64,000 nucleotides of DNA from Candidatus Bathyarchaeota archaeon (GCA_963733095.1 CAVTBV010000013.1:384001-448000); one strand, 5' to 3'. Counted from the first letter of the stretch, positions 19,018 to 29,034 are shown. The notes: a model not told the origin generated them from the letters alone. Made by a program: numbers and translations.

Positions 19018-21429
19018 TTACCTCCGAGTTGTCTTAAATTTATCTACAAGGTATACTTTGATTGGGTCGTTGATTATAAAAGTCGTTAGCAGTCCATATC
19101 CGAGGATTGCAAGGACAGGTATGTAGCCGAGGGGTGCAAGCTCTAAGATGCCAAAGATGGAGATTGCAATCACAAATAGGACTTCAGATAGAACCGTAAC
19201 GCTTAAGAATCTGCTTGGTCTTGATTTCCAAAAGTGACTTCTCTCACGTACAATCATTAGAGTGAACACTCCAATAAGGTTCAGATAAGCAAACCCAAAT
19301 GTGTAGATTTTCTCCACATTTCCAATCAGCCCAAAATATGATAGTGCAGGTACAGCAAAGATTGCGCTTTCAACCGTCATAAGTACGCCAAGTGATCCAC
19401 TGACTCCGAACAAACGTCGCATATCGAACGTGTCAGGCTTGAGAGAAGCCTTTACGTTATCGGTTGATATGGACATCGAGACGAAGTCGCCAAGGAAAAG
19501 CAGCAATACTGTGCCCGTTATTGATAGCATTAATGAGTGTGTAAGGAAGAGCATCACAACGATGAAGCCTGCGATGTGCAGTTTTCGGGCAACCATCATC
19601 AGGGCCCAACTGTAGATTCGCTGGTAAATAGTACGCGAAGTTTTTATCATAGATATTATTCCGCCCAAGCCCTCCACAGTAAGTACGGCGCTTGCAGAAT
19701 CCTTGGCAATATCCGTTGCGTTTTTCACAGCTATTCCCACCTCTGCTTGCCCCAGAGCAGGAGCATCGTTAACGCCGTCACCGGTCATTCCTACCACGTG
19801 CCCTATGCGCTGCAAAGTTTTGACTATGCTGAACTTGTCTTCAGGATAAATTTGAGCTATGCCATGACTGTTTTCGATCGTTGAGTCGATGGGTGTGGCC
19901 TTGGTTTCGTCTTCCTGAATTTTAGACATCGTTGTTACGTTGTTGCCTAATCCAATCTGCTGGGCGATATTCTTGGCAATAGGAAGAGAATCTCCAGTAA
20001 GCATCTTCACTTCCACGCCTAAAGCGCGAGCCTGTTCTATTATATCCCGTGAATCTTCTCTGATGCGGTCGGCTATGCCTGCAAGACCAACAAACTGTAG
20101 ATTATTTCGGTGAGATCCCTTAGACACTGCGATAACTCTCAGACCCCGCGCGGAAAGATCCTCAGCAATCGTTAACATTGCTTTTGCTTCGTGTTCGGGA
20201 ACGTTGCAGACAGCACATATTGTGTCAAAAGAACCTTTTCCTACATAGAGTTTCTCGCCAGCTCTGTCGATTGTAGCTTCTGTCATTCTAGTTTTAGGGT
20301 CGAAAGGTATGAATTCTTTTTGCACGTAAGTGTTCAAGGGTATGTGTGCTTCTGTGGCAGCGGTTAAGAAGGCTGTGTCAATTGGGTCTTGATTAGCCTC
20401 ATTTGATGCAAGTGTCCCATAAAGCAGCACGTCACCTTCGACAAATCCGTTTAATGGGACTTCTTTTTCAACGAATAGCTTGTTCATCGTGATTGTACCT
20501 GTTTTATCTGCGCACAATACATCCATAGTGGCGGCATCTTCGCTTGCGCTGAGCCTTGTAACGAGGACACCTTGCTTTGCAAGGACCGCTGAGCCAAGAG
20601 CCATGTTTATTGTGAACATGGTGGGCATCGCAACTGGCACGGAAGCTATGAGCAGCACTCCGGCGAGGGGTAGCAAGACGGCAAGTTCAAAACCTGTCAG
20701 AACGGCGTATACAAAGACTATTAGAAGAGATGCCAGGACTAGTATGGCCAGTTGGCGTGCAACTTTGACTGTGACTTCTTCCATGTGGAGTTTGGGTTTT
20801 GCAAGGTTAAGCAGCGAAATGGTTCGTCCAAAATAGGTTTTTAGTCCTGTAGCCTCGACTATGCCTGTGGCTTCTCCACGTTTAACGGCTGATCCTGAAT
20901 AAGCGATTTCTTTAGGTAACTTATCTACGATTCCAGATTCTCCAGTGAGCACTGACTGGTCTAAACCAAGAGAACCGTCAATTATCTTCACGTCTGCTGG
21001 AAGTAGGTCGCCGATTCTTAGTCTTACGAGGTCTCCTGGGACAAGTTCTCTGGCTGGGATGGTGGACCATTTTCCTTCCCTTTTTACTCGGCTTTCGATT
21101 CGTAGTCTCTGCTTGAGTTTGGCCATTGCTGCTTTTGCTCTTCCTTCACGCCATAGCGACATGCCTGCGTTGAATAGAAGGAGAAAGACGATGACGAGCG
21201 CCTGTGGATATTTGCCAAGAATTAGTGTAATGATAGCTGTGGCTTCAAGCATCCAAGGTACAATACCCCAGAAACGTTTTCCCAGCCTTGAAAGAAAGCT
21301 TACTTTTTTCTCGGGGACCTCATTGTACCCGTAGGTGACTATTCTTTCCTGAACTTCTTGGTTTTGTAGTCCAGTTTCTAAATTTGTTTCTTGAATCTCT
21401 TTTTTTGTTTCCTTTTCCATTTTCCTCAC
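19018..21429 (-). CDS. Plasma-membrane proton-efflux P-type ATPase (P3A-like)
   Basis: LTGES, PVAMP, CADKTGT, PFDP, MLTGD and TGDGVNDAP motifs; 803 aa. Confidence 0.9.
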   Translation of the reverse strand: MRKMEKETKKEIQETNLETGLQNQEVQERIVTYGYNEVPEKKVSFLSRLGKRFWGIVPWMLEATAIITLILGKYPQALVIVFLLLFNAGMSLWREGRAKAAMAKLKQRLRIESRVKREGKWSTIPARELVPGDLVRLRIGDLLPADVKIIDGSLGLDQSVLTGESGIVDKLPKEIAYSGSAVKRGEATGIVEATGLKTYFGRTISLLNLAKPKLHMEEVTVKVARQLAILVLASLLIVFVYAVLTGFELAVLLPLAGVLLIASVPVAMPTMFTINMALGSAVLAKQGVLVTRLSASEDAATMDVLCADKTGTITMNKLFVEKEVPLNGFVEGDVLLYGTLASNEANQDPIDTAFLTAATEAHIPLNTYVQKEFIPFDPKTRMTEATIDRAGEKLYVGKGSFDTICAVCNVPEHEAKAMLTIAEDLSARGLRVIAVSKGSHRNNLQFVGLAGIADRIREDSRDIIEQARALGVEVKMLTGDSLPIAKNIAQQIGLGNNVTTMSKIQEDETKATPIDSTIENSHGIAQIYPEDKFSIVKTLQRIGHVVGMTGDGVNDAPALGQAEVGIAVKNATDIAKDSASAVLTVEGLGGIISMIKTSRTIYQRIYSWALMMVARKLHIAGFIVVMLFLTHSLMLSITGTVLLLFLGDFVSMSISTDNVKASLKPDTFDMRRLFGVSGSLGVLMTVESAIFAVPALSYFGLIGNVEKIYTFGFAYLNLIGVFTLMIVRERSHFWKSRPSRFLSVTVLSEVLFVIAISIFGILELAPLGYIPVLAILGYGLLTTFIINDPIKVYLVDKFKTTRR

Positions 21430-21509
21430 TTTTGGGCGGTTCTAATTTTTGAAGCGGTGATTGTTGTGAATAAAAAAGGGGTTTAAGTGCAAAAAATTAA
21501 CGTTCAGTT

Positions 21510-21791
21510 TTAGGTTATTGCTTTTAGTTTGTCGATTGTCTTTTGGGTTTCCTCTTCTGATGGATGCGTAATGGCGCCAACAGGGCAAATGTCTTCACAA
21601 CCTCTGCAGAATACGATGCATTTGTTTGGGTTTACTACTGTTCTTTTTTGGTTGTCTTTTTCTTCAACTTTGAAGGTGCCCACATGGCAGAAGTCAACGC
21701 ATTTTCCGCAGGCTATGCATTTTTCGTAGTCTATTTTTGGGTCCCAAGGGATTTTTTCACGAGGAATGCCCTCGTAAGATTCTTCAGACAT
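21510..21791 (-). CDS. 4Fe-4S ferredoxin
   Basis: IPWDPKIDYEKCIACGKCVDFC...CIVFCRGCEDICP. Confidence 0.9.
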   Translation of the reverse strand: MSEESYEGIPREKIPWDPKIDYEKCIACGKCVDFCHVGTFKVEEKDNQKRTVVNPNKCIVFCRGCEDICPVGAITHPSEEETQKTIDKLKAIT

Positions 21792-21889
21792 GTTTTCACC
21801 ATTTGTTTAGCTATTACAAAAGGAAACAATATTTAAATATTGTTATGAATCTGAATTCGTTCACTACAATAAAGAATTAAAAAACAAAG

Positions 21890-22177
21890 TGATTTCTCAT
21901 TCAACTCTTTTTCTTAATTTGCTGATAATCTTGCCCGTCTCCAGCTTTGAAGGGTTGCTAATGGCGCCTGATGGACATATGGAATCACAACCAATGCAGT
22001 ATACGATGCAATTATCAGCATTTTTACAAAAGGCGATCTTTTTTTCTCACAAAAACTATAGAAACAGTGCTTGCAGTAATCCAAGCATTTTCTACACGAG
22101 ATACATTTTCCGTAATCGATAGTTGGATACCAAGGTATCATACTCCGTGGAACCCCGTGAAATGCTCTTTTCGACAT
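21890..22177 (-). pseudogene. 4Fe-4S ferredoxin, frameshifted paralog
   Basis: IPWYPTIDYGKCISCRKCLDYC, then a frameshift; the second motif NCIVYCIGCDSICP lies in another frame. Confidence 0.7.
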
Positions 22178-22193
22178 TCAAACTATCCTCTGT

Positions 22194-22526
22194 TTACGTT
22201 GTCCAGAACGAGTAAACTTCCAAGTTTATGAACTGTTTTTTTAGGAAAGCCTTGACTTCATCCTCATCTAGATTTAGAATACCGTTCTTATCTGCATGCA
22301 ATGGTATACCCGTTTCTCTTAGAGAACTACCTTTTGCAAAATCAAAGAACATGTAATAGCGTCTGTCATGCAGCATTATAATTCTAAGGGATGAAAGCTC
22401 CTTGTTAGGTGAGAGCCCGTTTTGCTCAAGGATGAAAGTTATTGACTGAGGCTTCTTTTCGCCAACTAACCTTTTGAATTCTTGCCAATCTCTAATTCTA
22501 ATATGACCCTCACTCATTTTCTTCAA
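22194..22526 (-). CDS. Hypothetical protein in the ars cluster
   Basis: 110 aa, overlapping the arsC stop. Confidence 0.6.
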   Translation of the reverse strand: MKKMSEGHIRIRDWQEFKRLVGEKKPQSITFILEQNGLSPNKELSSLRIIMLHDRRYYMFFDFAKGSSLRETGIPLHADKNGILNLDEDEVKAFLKKQFINLEVYSFWTT

Positions 22527-22935
22527 TTAACCTTTTGACTTTTTGCTCGATTTCATCTCTTATCTCGCGGACTTTTTCTATGGGCTTTCCTTTTGGATCC
22601 TCAAGTTTCCAATCGATTGTTGGTTTAAAGAATGGCCCGGGACATATTCCTTGGTCATTGCAGCCCATTGTCACAATCAAATCTTCATCTAGCGCCATTT
22701 TAGCAGTAAGTTGTTTGGGTTTGTTATTTGAGATGTCGATGCCTACCTCTTTCATTGCTTCAACAACTGTTGGATTTACTTTATCAGCAGGTTTGTTACC
22801 CGCACTAGATGCATTAATTTTGTCTTTTCCATTCTTATTAGCGAATGCTTCTGCCATCTGACTTCTGCCAGCATTTTCAACGCAAACAAAAAGAATTTTC
22901 TTTGGCTGAGTAGTTTTTTGGGCTTGCTTTATCAT
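22510..22935 (-). CDS. arsC: Arsenate reductase, LMW-PTP family
   Basis: LFVCVENAGRSQMAEA, TMGC...CP and DWKLEDP motifs. Confidence 0.92.
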   Translation of the reverse strand: MIKQAQKTTQPKKILFVCVENAGRSQMAEAFANKNGKDKINASSAGNKPADKVNPTVVEAMKEVGIDISNNKPKQLTAKMALDEDLIVTMGCNDQGICPGPFFKPTIDWKLEDPKGKPIEKVREIRDEIEQKVKRLIEENE

Positions 22936-22985
22936 TGTTTTTCACTCAATTATAAATAGGAGACTTTCATAACAACTTTTAAATA

Positions 22986-23336
22986 TTGTTACTAATAAAG
23001 AATCGTTGGGTAGCTAAATTGGAGCGCCAAAACCGATTCAAAGCAACAGTTTTTCATGCACTTTCCGACCCAATTAGAATGGAAATAGTTTCTTTTTTGA
23101 GGGATGGCGAGAAGTGCGTTTGTGAAATAGTTCCCCATCTGAACATTATTCAACCGCTCATTTCACGTCATCTAAGGATTCTAAAAGAATCAGGCATCGT
23201 GAAATGCAGAAAGGATGGAACTAAGCGCATGTACTCGATTGTTGACCAGAGACTATTCAACGTTATTGATGCATTAACCTCTGAACTATTAGATGCACTC
23301 ACAAAAGAGGTTTACGAAAACGCAACCTGCTGCTAG
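22986..23336 (+). CDS. ArsR-family regulator
   Basis: FHALSDPIR...EKCVCEI...ISRHLRILK with C-terminal CC; divergent from arsC. Confidence 0.9.
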   Translation: MLLIKNRWVAKLERQNRFKATVFHALSDPIRMEIVSFLRDGEKCVCEIVPHLNIIQPLISRHLRILKESGIVKCRKDGTKRMYSIVDQRLFNVIDALTSELLDALTKEVYENATCC

Positions 23337-23379
23337 GCGACTTTTAAAAATGACCTGTGAAGAAAAACCGAAAGCACAG

Positions 23380-23756
23380 TTGACGAAATAACAACAGCTC
23401 TCTGTAACGTTGGTTTTGCTTCTCCGCCTGACTGGCTCAAGAGCTACGATTGCTTAAGTCAAGGCGAAAAAATGCGGGTAGATATCGCGCGTGCACTTTG
23501 CACTAAGATGCCCATTAACCAAATAACTGGAAAAGAGCTCATAGTTTTCGATGAGTTCACAAGCGTAGTTGACCGAGAAATCGCTAAAATAGCGTCTTTC
23601 GTAATCAGTAAATCAATTAAACGTTCAAACAAACAGTTTGTTGCGGTCACATGCCACTATGATGTTGAAGATTGGCTTGAACCTGACTGGGTACTTTACA
23701 CAGACACTATGAAGTTTGAGCTTCGTGATAAAAAAAAGTTCACGACCCCCAATTGA
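23380..23756 (+). pseudogene. ABC-ATPase C-terminal half (phage-type ATPase-GNAT), 5'-truncated
   Basis: VGFASPPDWLKSYDCLSQGEKMRVDIARA...FDEFTSVVDR...AVTCHYDVEDWLEPDW; Walker A is missing. Confidence 0.75.
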
Positions 23757-24357
23757 GCTTGAAATCTATGAATGCAGCCGGAGTCTTTGGGGCATCTTTA
23801 GGCAATATCATTATCTAAACACAAACATCTTGACATCAAACAAACATTACGTGGCGCTCTACAACAGCAAACCCGTAGCGTTCATCTCGATTGGGCGTTC
23901 ACAGTACAAATACAAGTATTGGCGGGTTAGCCGCCTCGTGGTTTTGCCAGATTACCAGGGAGTAGGCATTGGAACAAGACTCTTGACATGGGCAGCCCAA
24001 CACTTTTATGAAAAAACGCGCCTGGACTTTTTCATCGTTTCCAGTAATCCTCAGCTGATACATTTACGCAACAGCCCTTGCTGGATCCTGAAACGAGCAG
24101 GGCACAGCGTAAACAAGAATAACAGGTTTAGGCGAGAAAAGAACCTACTTAATAGTAGCAGCCAAAACCGCTTAACTTTCAGTTTCAAGTACAAACCTCA
24201 AACTCACAGTGCGCGCACACTGGCCTCTGACATCTATGCGATGGCGGCAGCGGTTGCAAGTCTTTACGGTAACGGTAGCGGCATTTTAGCTGAGTTCCCT
24301 GAGATTGCTTTTGAGATGATGAATTGGGACCAAGAGTTGCTTAAAGCAAAAGAGTAG
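23716..24357 (+). CDS. GNAT acetyltransferase (partner of the ABC ATPase) with an unrelated-looking C-terminal tail
   Basis: WGIFRQYHYL and RVSRLVVLPDYQGVGIG; +1 frame relative to the ATPase across an A8 run (23730-23737). Confidence 0.75.
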   Translation: MSFVIKKSSRPPIELEIYECSRSLWGIFRQYHYLNTNILTSNKHYVALYNSKPVAFISIGRSQYKYKYWRVSRLVVLPDYQGVGIGTRLLTWAAQHFYEKTRLDFFIVSSNPQLIHLRNSPCWILKRAGHSVNKNNRFRREKNLLNSSSQNRLTFSFKYKPQTHSARTLASDIYAMAAAVASLYGNGSGILAEFPEIAFEMMNWDQELLKAKE

Positions 24358-24426
24358 TCTGCTTTGCTTCCCGGTAAGAAAAAACAAAAAGAAAAAAGTG
24401 TTGAGCGTTTTGTAAACGTTTTGCAT

Positions 24427-24828
24427 CTATGCTAGTTTTTTGCTACCTTGTCCAGGTGAGGCTTGGAAGACTGCGTCCACTTTTATTATGCCAACACTTT
24501 TTATTTTCATTTTCGAGGTTTCCATACTCTTCTTTGCGAAGTCATCGAAAATTGGTCCACTTGTTTGGAAACCGCCGAATGTTCCCTTTAATTGGTAGCC
24601 TGTCATTGGTCCTTTGAACACAGCAATAGCAACTTGCTTGTTCTTTTCAAGGTTCTCCTTTGTTTTTATGATGAAAACTTCTGCGAACGCAATAGTTTCG
24701 GGGTCTACTGCTACAAAGCTCCACATTGGAACTACGTTTGGAATGCCTTTAGCGTCTACTGTTGCTATCATTTTCGCTGAATCACTTGCACTTAAAACAT
24801 CCATTACTTCTTTAGGTATACTAACCAA
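24427..24828 (-). CDS. Pyridoxamine 5'-phosphate oxidase-like FMN-binding protein
   Basis: IATVDAKGIPNVVP...KTKENLEKN...GYQLKG...SPG. Confidence 0.88.
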   Translation of the reverse strand: MVSIPKEVMDVLSASDSAKMIATVDAKGIPNVVPMWSFVAVDPETIAFAEVFIIKTKENLEKNKQVAIAVFKGPMTGYQLKGTFGGFQTSGPIFDDFAKKSMETSKMKIKSVGIIKVDAVFQASPGQGSKKLA

Positions 24829-25145
24829 AAATCACACATCCTATTAAGGGAAACGACTGTAAAAGTCTAATAAACTTTTAGGGAATTTGAATAGAAAGTA
24901 GGCAGGCGTAAGTGTGTGTGGTTAGTCTGGTGGGGATGTTTGAAATTGACCCAACCCGCACTTCCTTGCTTTATTTTTTCAATACATTGAGTTAGAGTTA
25001 ATGTGTGTGAAGGCCCGAATTTCCGTTTCTGCGAATTATTGATGAGAACACGATTAACCCCAATGTCCATCCGCATTGTGAGTGCCTTCTAATTCGGGTT
25101 AAAGCTTAACACATTGCGAAGTAATAGAGGAAAGAAAGTCAAGCT

Positions 25146-26366
25146 CTAGCGTTTTTGATGCTTTCTAAAAAGCAAAACTGATGTTATAACAACTGCTAAC
25201 AGAATTATAGCAATGAATACTACTGTTGAAGTTGGGAACGACTCGGGGCTGTTGTCGTTAGGATATATATCGTTATACTGTGTAGCGGTGTTGCCAGAAA
25301 TTACGCCACCACGTCTGTTAAATGTGCCAGCATTATATACGCCTCCCCCAACTTCAGCTTTATTGTTAGAAATTACAGCATTTTCATACAAGCTAAAATT
25401 GCCATCAGGATAGTTGTATACCCCGCCCCCATAGGTAGCTTCATTATTAGAAATCATACCACCAGACATGCTAAAGATACCACTGTTAGAAACACCACCA
25501 CCTGATTGCATTAAATTCCCGCCTTCATTGTTGGAAATTTCACCGCCCGACATGCTAAAGATGGCACTGTTTTGCACTCCCCCGCCATCGTTATTACTGA
25601 TTAAACCCCCAGACATGTTAAAAGTGCCATAGTTCCAGCCCTGGTTATACGTACCGCGGTTATACACGCCAAAGCCTGTGTTGTTGGAGATTTCACCGCC
25701 AAACATACTAAACGTGCCGTACTCCATGTTGAACACAACACCACCACTACCACCATGACCAACTTTGGAAGTGTTATTGGAGATTTTGCCACCATACATT
25801 TCAAACCTACCACTATTAACCACACCATCACCCAAAATATTACCCGAAATCTCGCCATCGTACAGGATAAGTGTGCCACTTACATTAACACGCACAAGCT
25901 TGTTCCAAGCAAGAGGATAATTTCCACAAGTCACAGCAACACCATCAATCCTTAACACCCCACTACCCTCAACAATAATAACAGCATCAGAAAAACTAAC
26001 AGGAATACCATCCTCATTTCTAACAAGCTCTCTATCCCCCCCGATCAATTTGAAAAATTTAGACGTACTTGTCAAGGTTATGTCTTTGTTAGCAGCAATA
26101 ACAAGTTGTTCTGTAAGTGTAATGTCGTTATCAAGAGCGATAACTGTAGGTTCTACAGCGTTACTTACAGCATTTCTAAGTTCTATCTCGTTACCAACTA
26201 TTCTGTCCGATGTAGGGTGAGCAGTTGTTTGACCTGCAACTGGAGACAAAAAAACACCAAGAAAAGATGTTGCAAATAACAAAACAAGCACTGTCGTCAA
26301 AACTTTTGCCAAATAGTCCTGTTTTATCAACCCTTTTGGTCTTCCAAAGACATTAATGCTATGCAT
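25146..26366 (-). CDS. Cell-surface beta-helix protein with GGGVYN / F-x-M-x-GG-x-ISNN repeats (cargo)
   Basis: Signal peptide, repeats, ESFPT-TM-basic C-terminal anchor. Confidence 0.85.
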   Translation of the reverse strand: MHSINVFGRPKGLIKQDYLAKVLTTVLVLLFATSFLGVFLSPVAGQTTAHPTSDRIVGNEIELRNAVSNAVEPTVIALDNDITLTEQLVIAANKDITLTSTSKFFKLIGGDRELVRNEDGIPVSFSDAVIIVEGSGVLRIDGVAVTCGNYPLAWNKLVRVNVSGTLILYDGEISGNILGDGVVNSGRFEMYGGKISNNTSKVGHGGSGGVVFNMEYGTFSMFGGEISNNTGFGVYNRGTYNQGWNYGTFNMSGGLISNNDGGGVQNSAIFSMSGGEISNNEGGNLMQSGGGVSNSGIFSMSGGMISNNEATYGGGVYNYPDGNFSLYENAVISNNKAEVGGGVYNAGTFNRRGGVISGNTATQYNDIYPNDNSPESFPTSTVVFIAIILLAVVITSVLLFRKHQKR

Positions 26367-26407
26367 GATTTGCTCAAGAATTCAAGGCCTTGAAATGATA
26401 TAAAAAA

Positions 26408-26435
26408 CTATTCGTCAAACTTTCTTGACTAAGAC
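26408..26435. repeat. Palindromic site CTATTCGTCAA-ACTTTC-TTGACTAAGAC (11-6-11)
   Basis: Seen directly; extends as a ~40-bp near-repeat of 39167-39206. Confidence 0.8.
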
Positions 26436-26540
26436 AGAGCTAACAATTAGAACATAAGTCAAGGCATCAACGTCTAACCTTCATTGTGAATATCTTCTGA
26501 TTAGGGTTTCAGCTTAACAGTACCTAGAGAGGAAAAAAGT

Positions 26541-27686
26541 TTGTCAAAACCGCATAGCCGTGAGTTAGTCTTCATTGCGGGTTTGCATCGGCTTGATGCT
26601 TCCAACAAGAAGGCAGTTTTCTATTTGATGAATACTAGCCGGAATCGTAATCGCTGGGGAGTCACGCAGAAAGCGCTGGATGAGGCTTTGCCGTCGCTGT
26701 TAAAGAAGCCTTTGGGCATGGGTAAGGACTATAAGCTGGGGCATTTTGCAGACGATGAATGCATGAATGTTGGGTTGTTTTCGGCTTTTGAGAATAAAGG
26801 TAACTATGCATTGGGCACCGTCGACATAACAGATGATAAAGCCTTAAGCGATGTTGAAGCAGTCGAAGCCGTAACAATCCTCGAACAAGTCTTAGGCTAC
26901 GCATGGCCCAACTACAACTTGAGAGCGATTTGCCGCACCATCCCAATGGATAACTTGCAAGAACGCATAGACATCGCAACTAAATCGACAGGTCAACGCA
27001 AAGTTAAACCAATGCAGGAAGCCGAAATCAGCAAAGACGCATTCGCACCAGTAAACTTTGACCTCTGGAAGAACGTTGTGCACGTTGCAGTTGCCGATGA
27101 GGCAGGCATGAAATCAGCACATAACATACTTCAGCTCCAAACTGAAGCCGCTGGCAGAGATCTAGGTCGCATGGAAAACCTCGACATCAAAGACATTGCC
27201 GAAGCCTGCACCGAAAAAACATCCAGCACCCCATACGTGGATTGGGCAGCAAAATCAAGCGGCATAAGCACAAACGACCCATTCGACGCTATCATTCCCG
27301 CAATCGATTACATCCAGGGAAAAGGCTGGCCAGTTGACTTCATGGCATTGCACCAAACAATCTACAGCAAATTCATCCGCAACACTTACGTCCGAGAATT
27401 GGTTCATGCGGGCATTGCAAGTTTGGGTCCAAACGGCGGCGCCTTCACATTACCAGGTTACCCAACCGTTAAGGTTGTCACAGACTATGCATTAACAGAA
27501 ACTCCGGATGGCACTCATGGTCCACTGATCGGCAGTTCAGTTGCTCCAGGCTTGGTTTTCGGTGAAGGCCCAACAATGGCAGCACAGTACAGAGACGAAG
27601 CGAAAGGCTTTGACGGCTACATTATCCGCAAATGGCAAGAGCCAAAAGTAGTCATACAAGACGCTATCACAAAAATCTGCACCTAA
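26541..27686 (+). CDS. Major capsid protein (HK97-like) fused to a prohead-protease-like N-terminus
   Basis: N-terminus (NRNRWGV...GH...VG) is protease-like; the remainder resembles HK97 MCP (E-loop KVKPMQEA, MALHQTIYSKF, TLPGYP, EPKVVIQDAI); correct position before the connector. Confidence 0.7.
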   Translation: MSKPHSRELVFIAGLHRLDASNKKAVFYLMNTSRNRNRWGVTQKALDEALPSLLKKPLGMGKDYKLGHFADDECMNVGLFSAFENKGNYALGTVDITDDKALSDVEAVEAVTILEQVLGYAWPNYNLRAICRTIPMDNLQERIDIATKSTGQRKVKPMQEAEISKDAFAPVNFDLWKNVVHVAVADEAGMKSAHNILQLQTEAAGRDLGRMENLDIKDIAEACTEKTSSTPYVDWAAKSSGISTNDPFDAIIPAIDYIQGKGWPVDFMALHQTIYSKFIRNTYVRELVHAGIASLGPNGGAFTLPGYPTVKVVTDYALTETPDGTHGPLIGSSVAPGLVFGEGPTMAAQYRDEAKGFDGYIIRKWQEPKVVIQDAITKICT

Positions 27687-27718
27687 ACCCTTCTTTTTTT
27701 CATGCAATATCTAATCAG

Positions 27719-27754
27719 TCAAGCTTAGGTTTTTTGATACCTGAGTATCATAGC
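27719..27754. repeat. Cargo left-border motif, copy 1
   Basis: TCAAGCTTAGGTTTTTTGATACCTGAGTATCATAGC, about 29/37 identical to 42101-42137. Confidence 0.65.
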
Positions 27755-27815
27755 AACAGAGAATAAAGAAAGAAGCAAAGGCGTGATTGTCCACCAATTT
27801 AACTTAACTCGATTA

Positions 27816-28571
27816 TCAAAGAAAGTTCTTTGTAATCGCTGTTTGCCCAGCAGTTGCGTTAACGGTAAAGGTTGTAATGTAGTCTGTTTTTATCGAAATG
27901 TTGCCTGCTGTTGGACCCAAATAGTAAGTTACTGTGATGTTATAGGTATGCTCATTTATCAATACAACCGAATAATCTCCGATAGCACTGTTACCACCTA
28001 TGATACCACTTTGCGGAGGATAATTGTAAGGAAAACTAAAAGAATTGTTAGCACCTGTTTGAATGTCAGTGAATTGAATTCTAATCAAACTTGATGGGAA
28101 GGGTTGGGATAAAGGTATACTGTTTATTTTGCCTGATACAGTTATGCCAGCACTTAGTGGATAAACGAAGACAACAAATGTAGCGTTCTCTGCTTGTCCA
28201 TTGTCTAATGCTGTTACAGTGACTGTGTAGTTTCCTGTTGGTGTTGAATCAGGCACATAAACGGTTAGAATACTGGTGAAGTTTGATATTCCTCTCGCAG
28301 GTTCAAAGGTGCAGTTGACACCGCTTGAACCAGTATTACTGCTTAGCGTTATATTTTCAGCTTTACCTATTGAGGTTAAGTTGACTTGGGCTTGTAGATT
28401 GTTTCCTCGAATAACTTCTGTTTGGTTTAAAGACACATTTACGCTAAGTTTTGTAATTGACTGATCAGTTGTAGGTTGACGATAAAAAACAATCAATGAA
28501 GCAACCACAAGCACAACTATGATTACCGTAACGACCATTAAATTTCTACGCCTAGTTGAAGTTTGAACCAT
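27816..28571 (-). CDS. Membrane-anchored Ig-like surface protein (cargo)
   Basis: N-terminal TM, TPTGNYTVTVTA Ig/CARDB-like strand, many N-x-S/T sites; antisense to the viral operon. Confidence 0.8.
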   Translation of the reverse strand: MVQTSTRRRNLMVVTVIIVVLVVASLIVFYRQPTTDQSITKLSVNVSLNQTEVIRGNNLQAQVNLTSIGKAENITLSSNTGSSGVNCTFEPARGISNFTSILTVYVPDSTPTGNYTVTVTALDNGQAENATFVVFVYPLSAGITVSGKINSIPLSQPFPSSLIRIQFTDIQTGANNSFSFPYNYPPQSGIIGGNSAIGDYSVVLINEHTYNITVTYYLGPTAGNISIKTDYITTFTVNATAGQTAITKNFL

Positions 28572-28604
28572 GCTTAGTACTGAGAAATTAAAGCCAATAA
28601 AAAA

Positions 28605-28655
28605 CTATTCGTTAAAAAACTTGACAGTTGGCAGTCAAAGTTTCTTGACATGATA
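28605..28655. repeat. Tandem palindromic sites (CTATTCGTTAA-N5-TTGAC and GTCAA-AGTTTC-TTGAC)
   Basis: Seen directly between the cargo promoter and the connector gene. Confidence 0.7.
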
Positions 28656-28686
28656 ATAATCAAAGATTTGGCAGGAGCAAATTGGT

Positions 28687-29034
28687 TTGTCTATTAGGTA
28701 TGGTTGTTTGGTTAATGTTCAGGTTATGGCAGCCGTGACTGTCAATGATGGCGTGAGTTCTGCCGATCCTGAGTTAACTATGTACTTGGGTAAGGCCTGC
28801 GATTTCATTAACGACTCCCTCAAGGGATTTGTTTCGGTGCCGCTGGATCCTGTGCCTGCAGTTGTCGATACGATTGCAGAATTTTATGCTTCGGGACTCT
28901 ATCTTGCCCGAAACAATCTTGCTGACGGCCAGACACAGCATCCCAACGTGGTCTTGGCAGAAAAGAAGCTCTCTGAGTATAGGGCGAGCCTTCGCCGGAG
29001 CTATAAACTGTTCAGTAATTCTGATGAGGAGTAG
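28687..29034 (+). CDS. Head-tail connector (gp6/gp15-like)
   Basis: 115 aa, helical (LTMYLGKACDFIN...VPAVV); synteny after the MCP. Confidence 0.6.
   Translation: MSIRYGCLVNVQVMAAVTVNDGVSSADPELTMYLGKACDFINDSLKGFVSVPLDPVPAVVDTIAEFYASGLYLARNNLADGQTQHPNVVLAEKKLSEYRASLRRSYKLFSNSDEE

Noticed and set aside
18338-22177. hgcAB mercury methylation locus
   Set aside because: There is no HgcA corrinoid protein and the ferredoxins lack the HgcB C-terminal CC; only an HgcC-like remnant is present.
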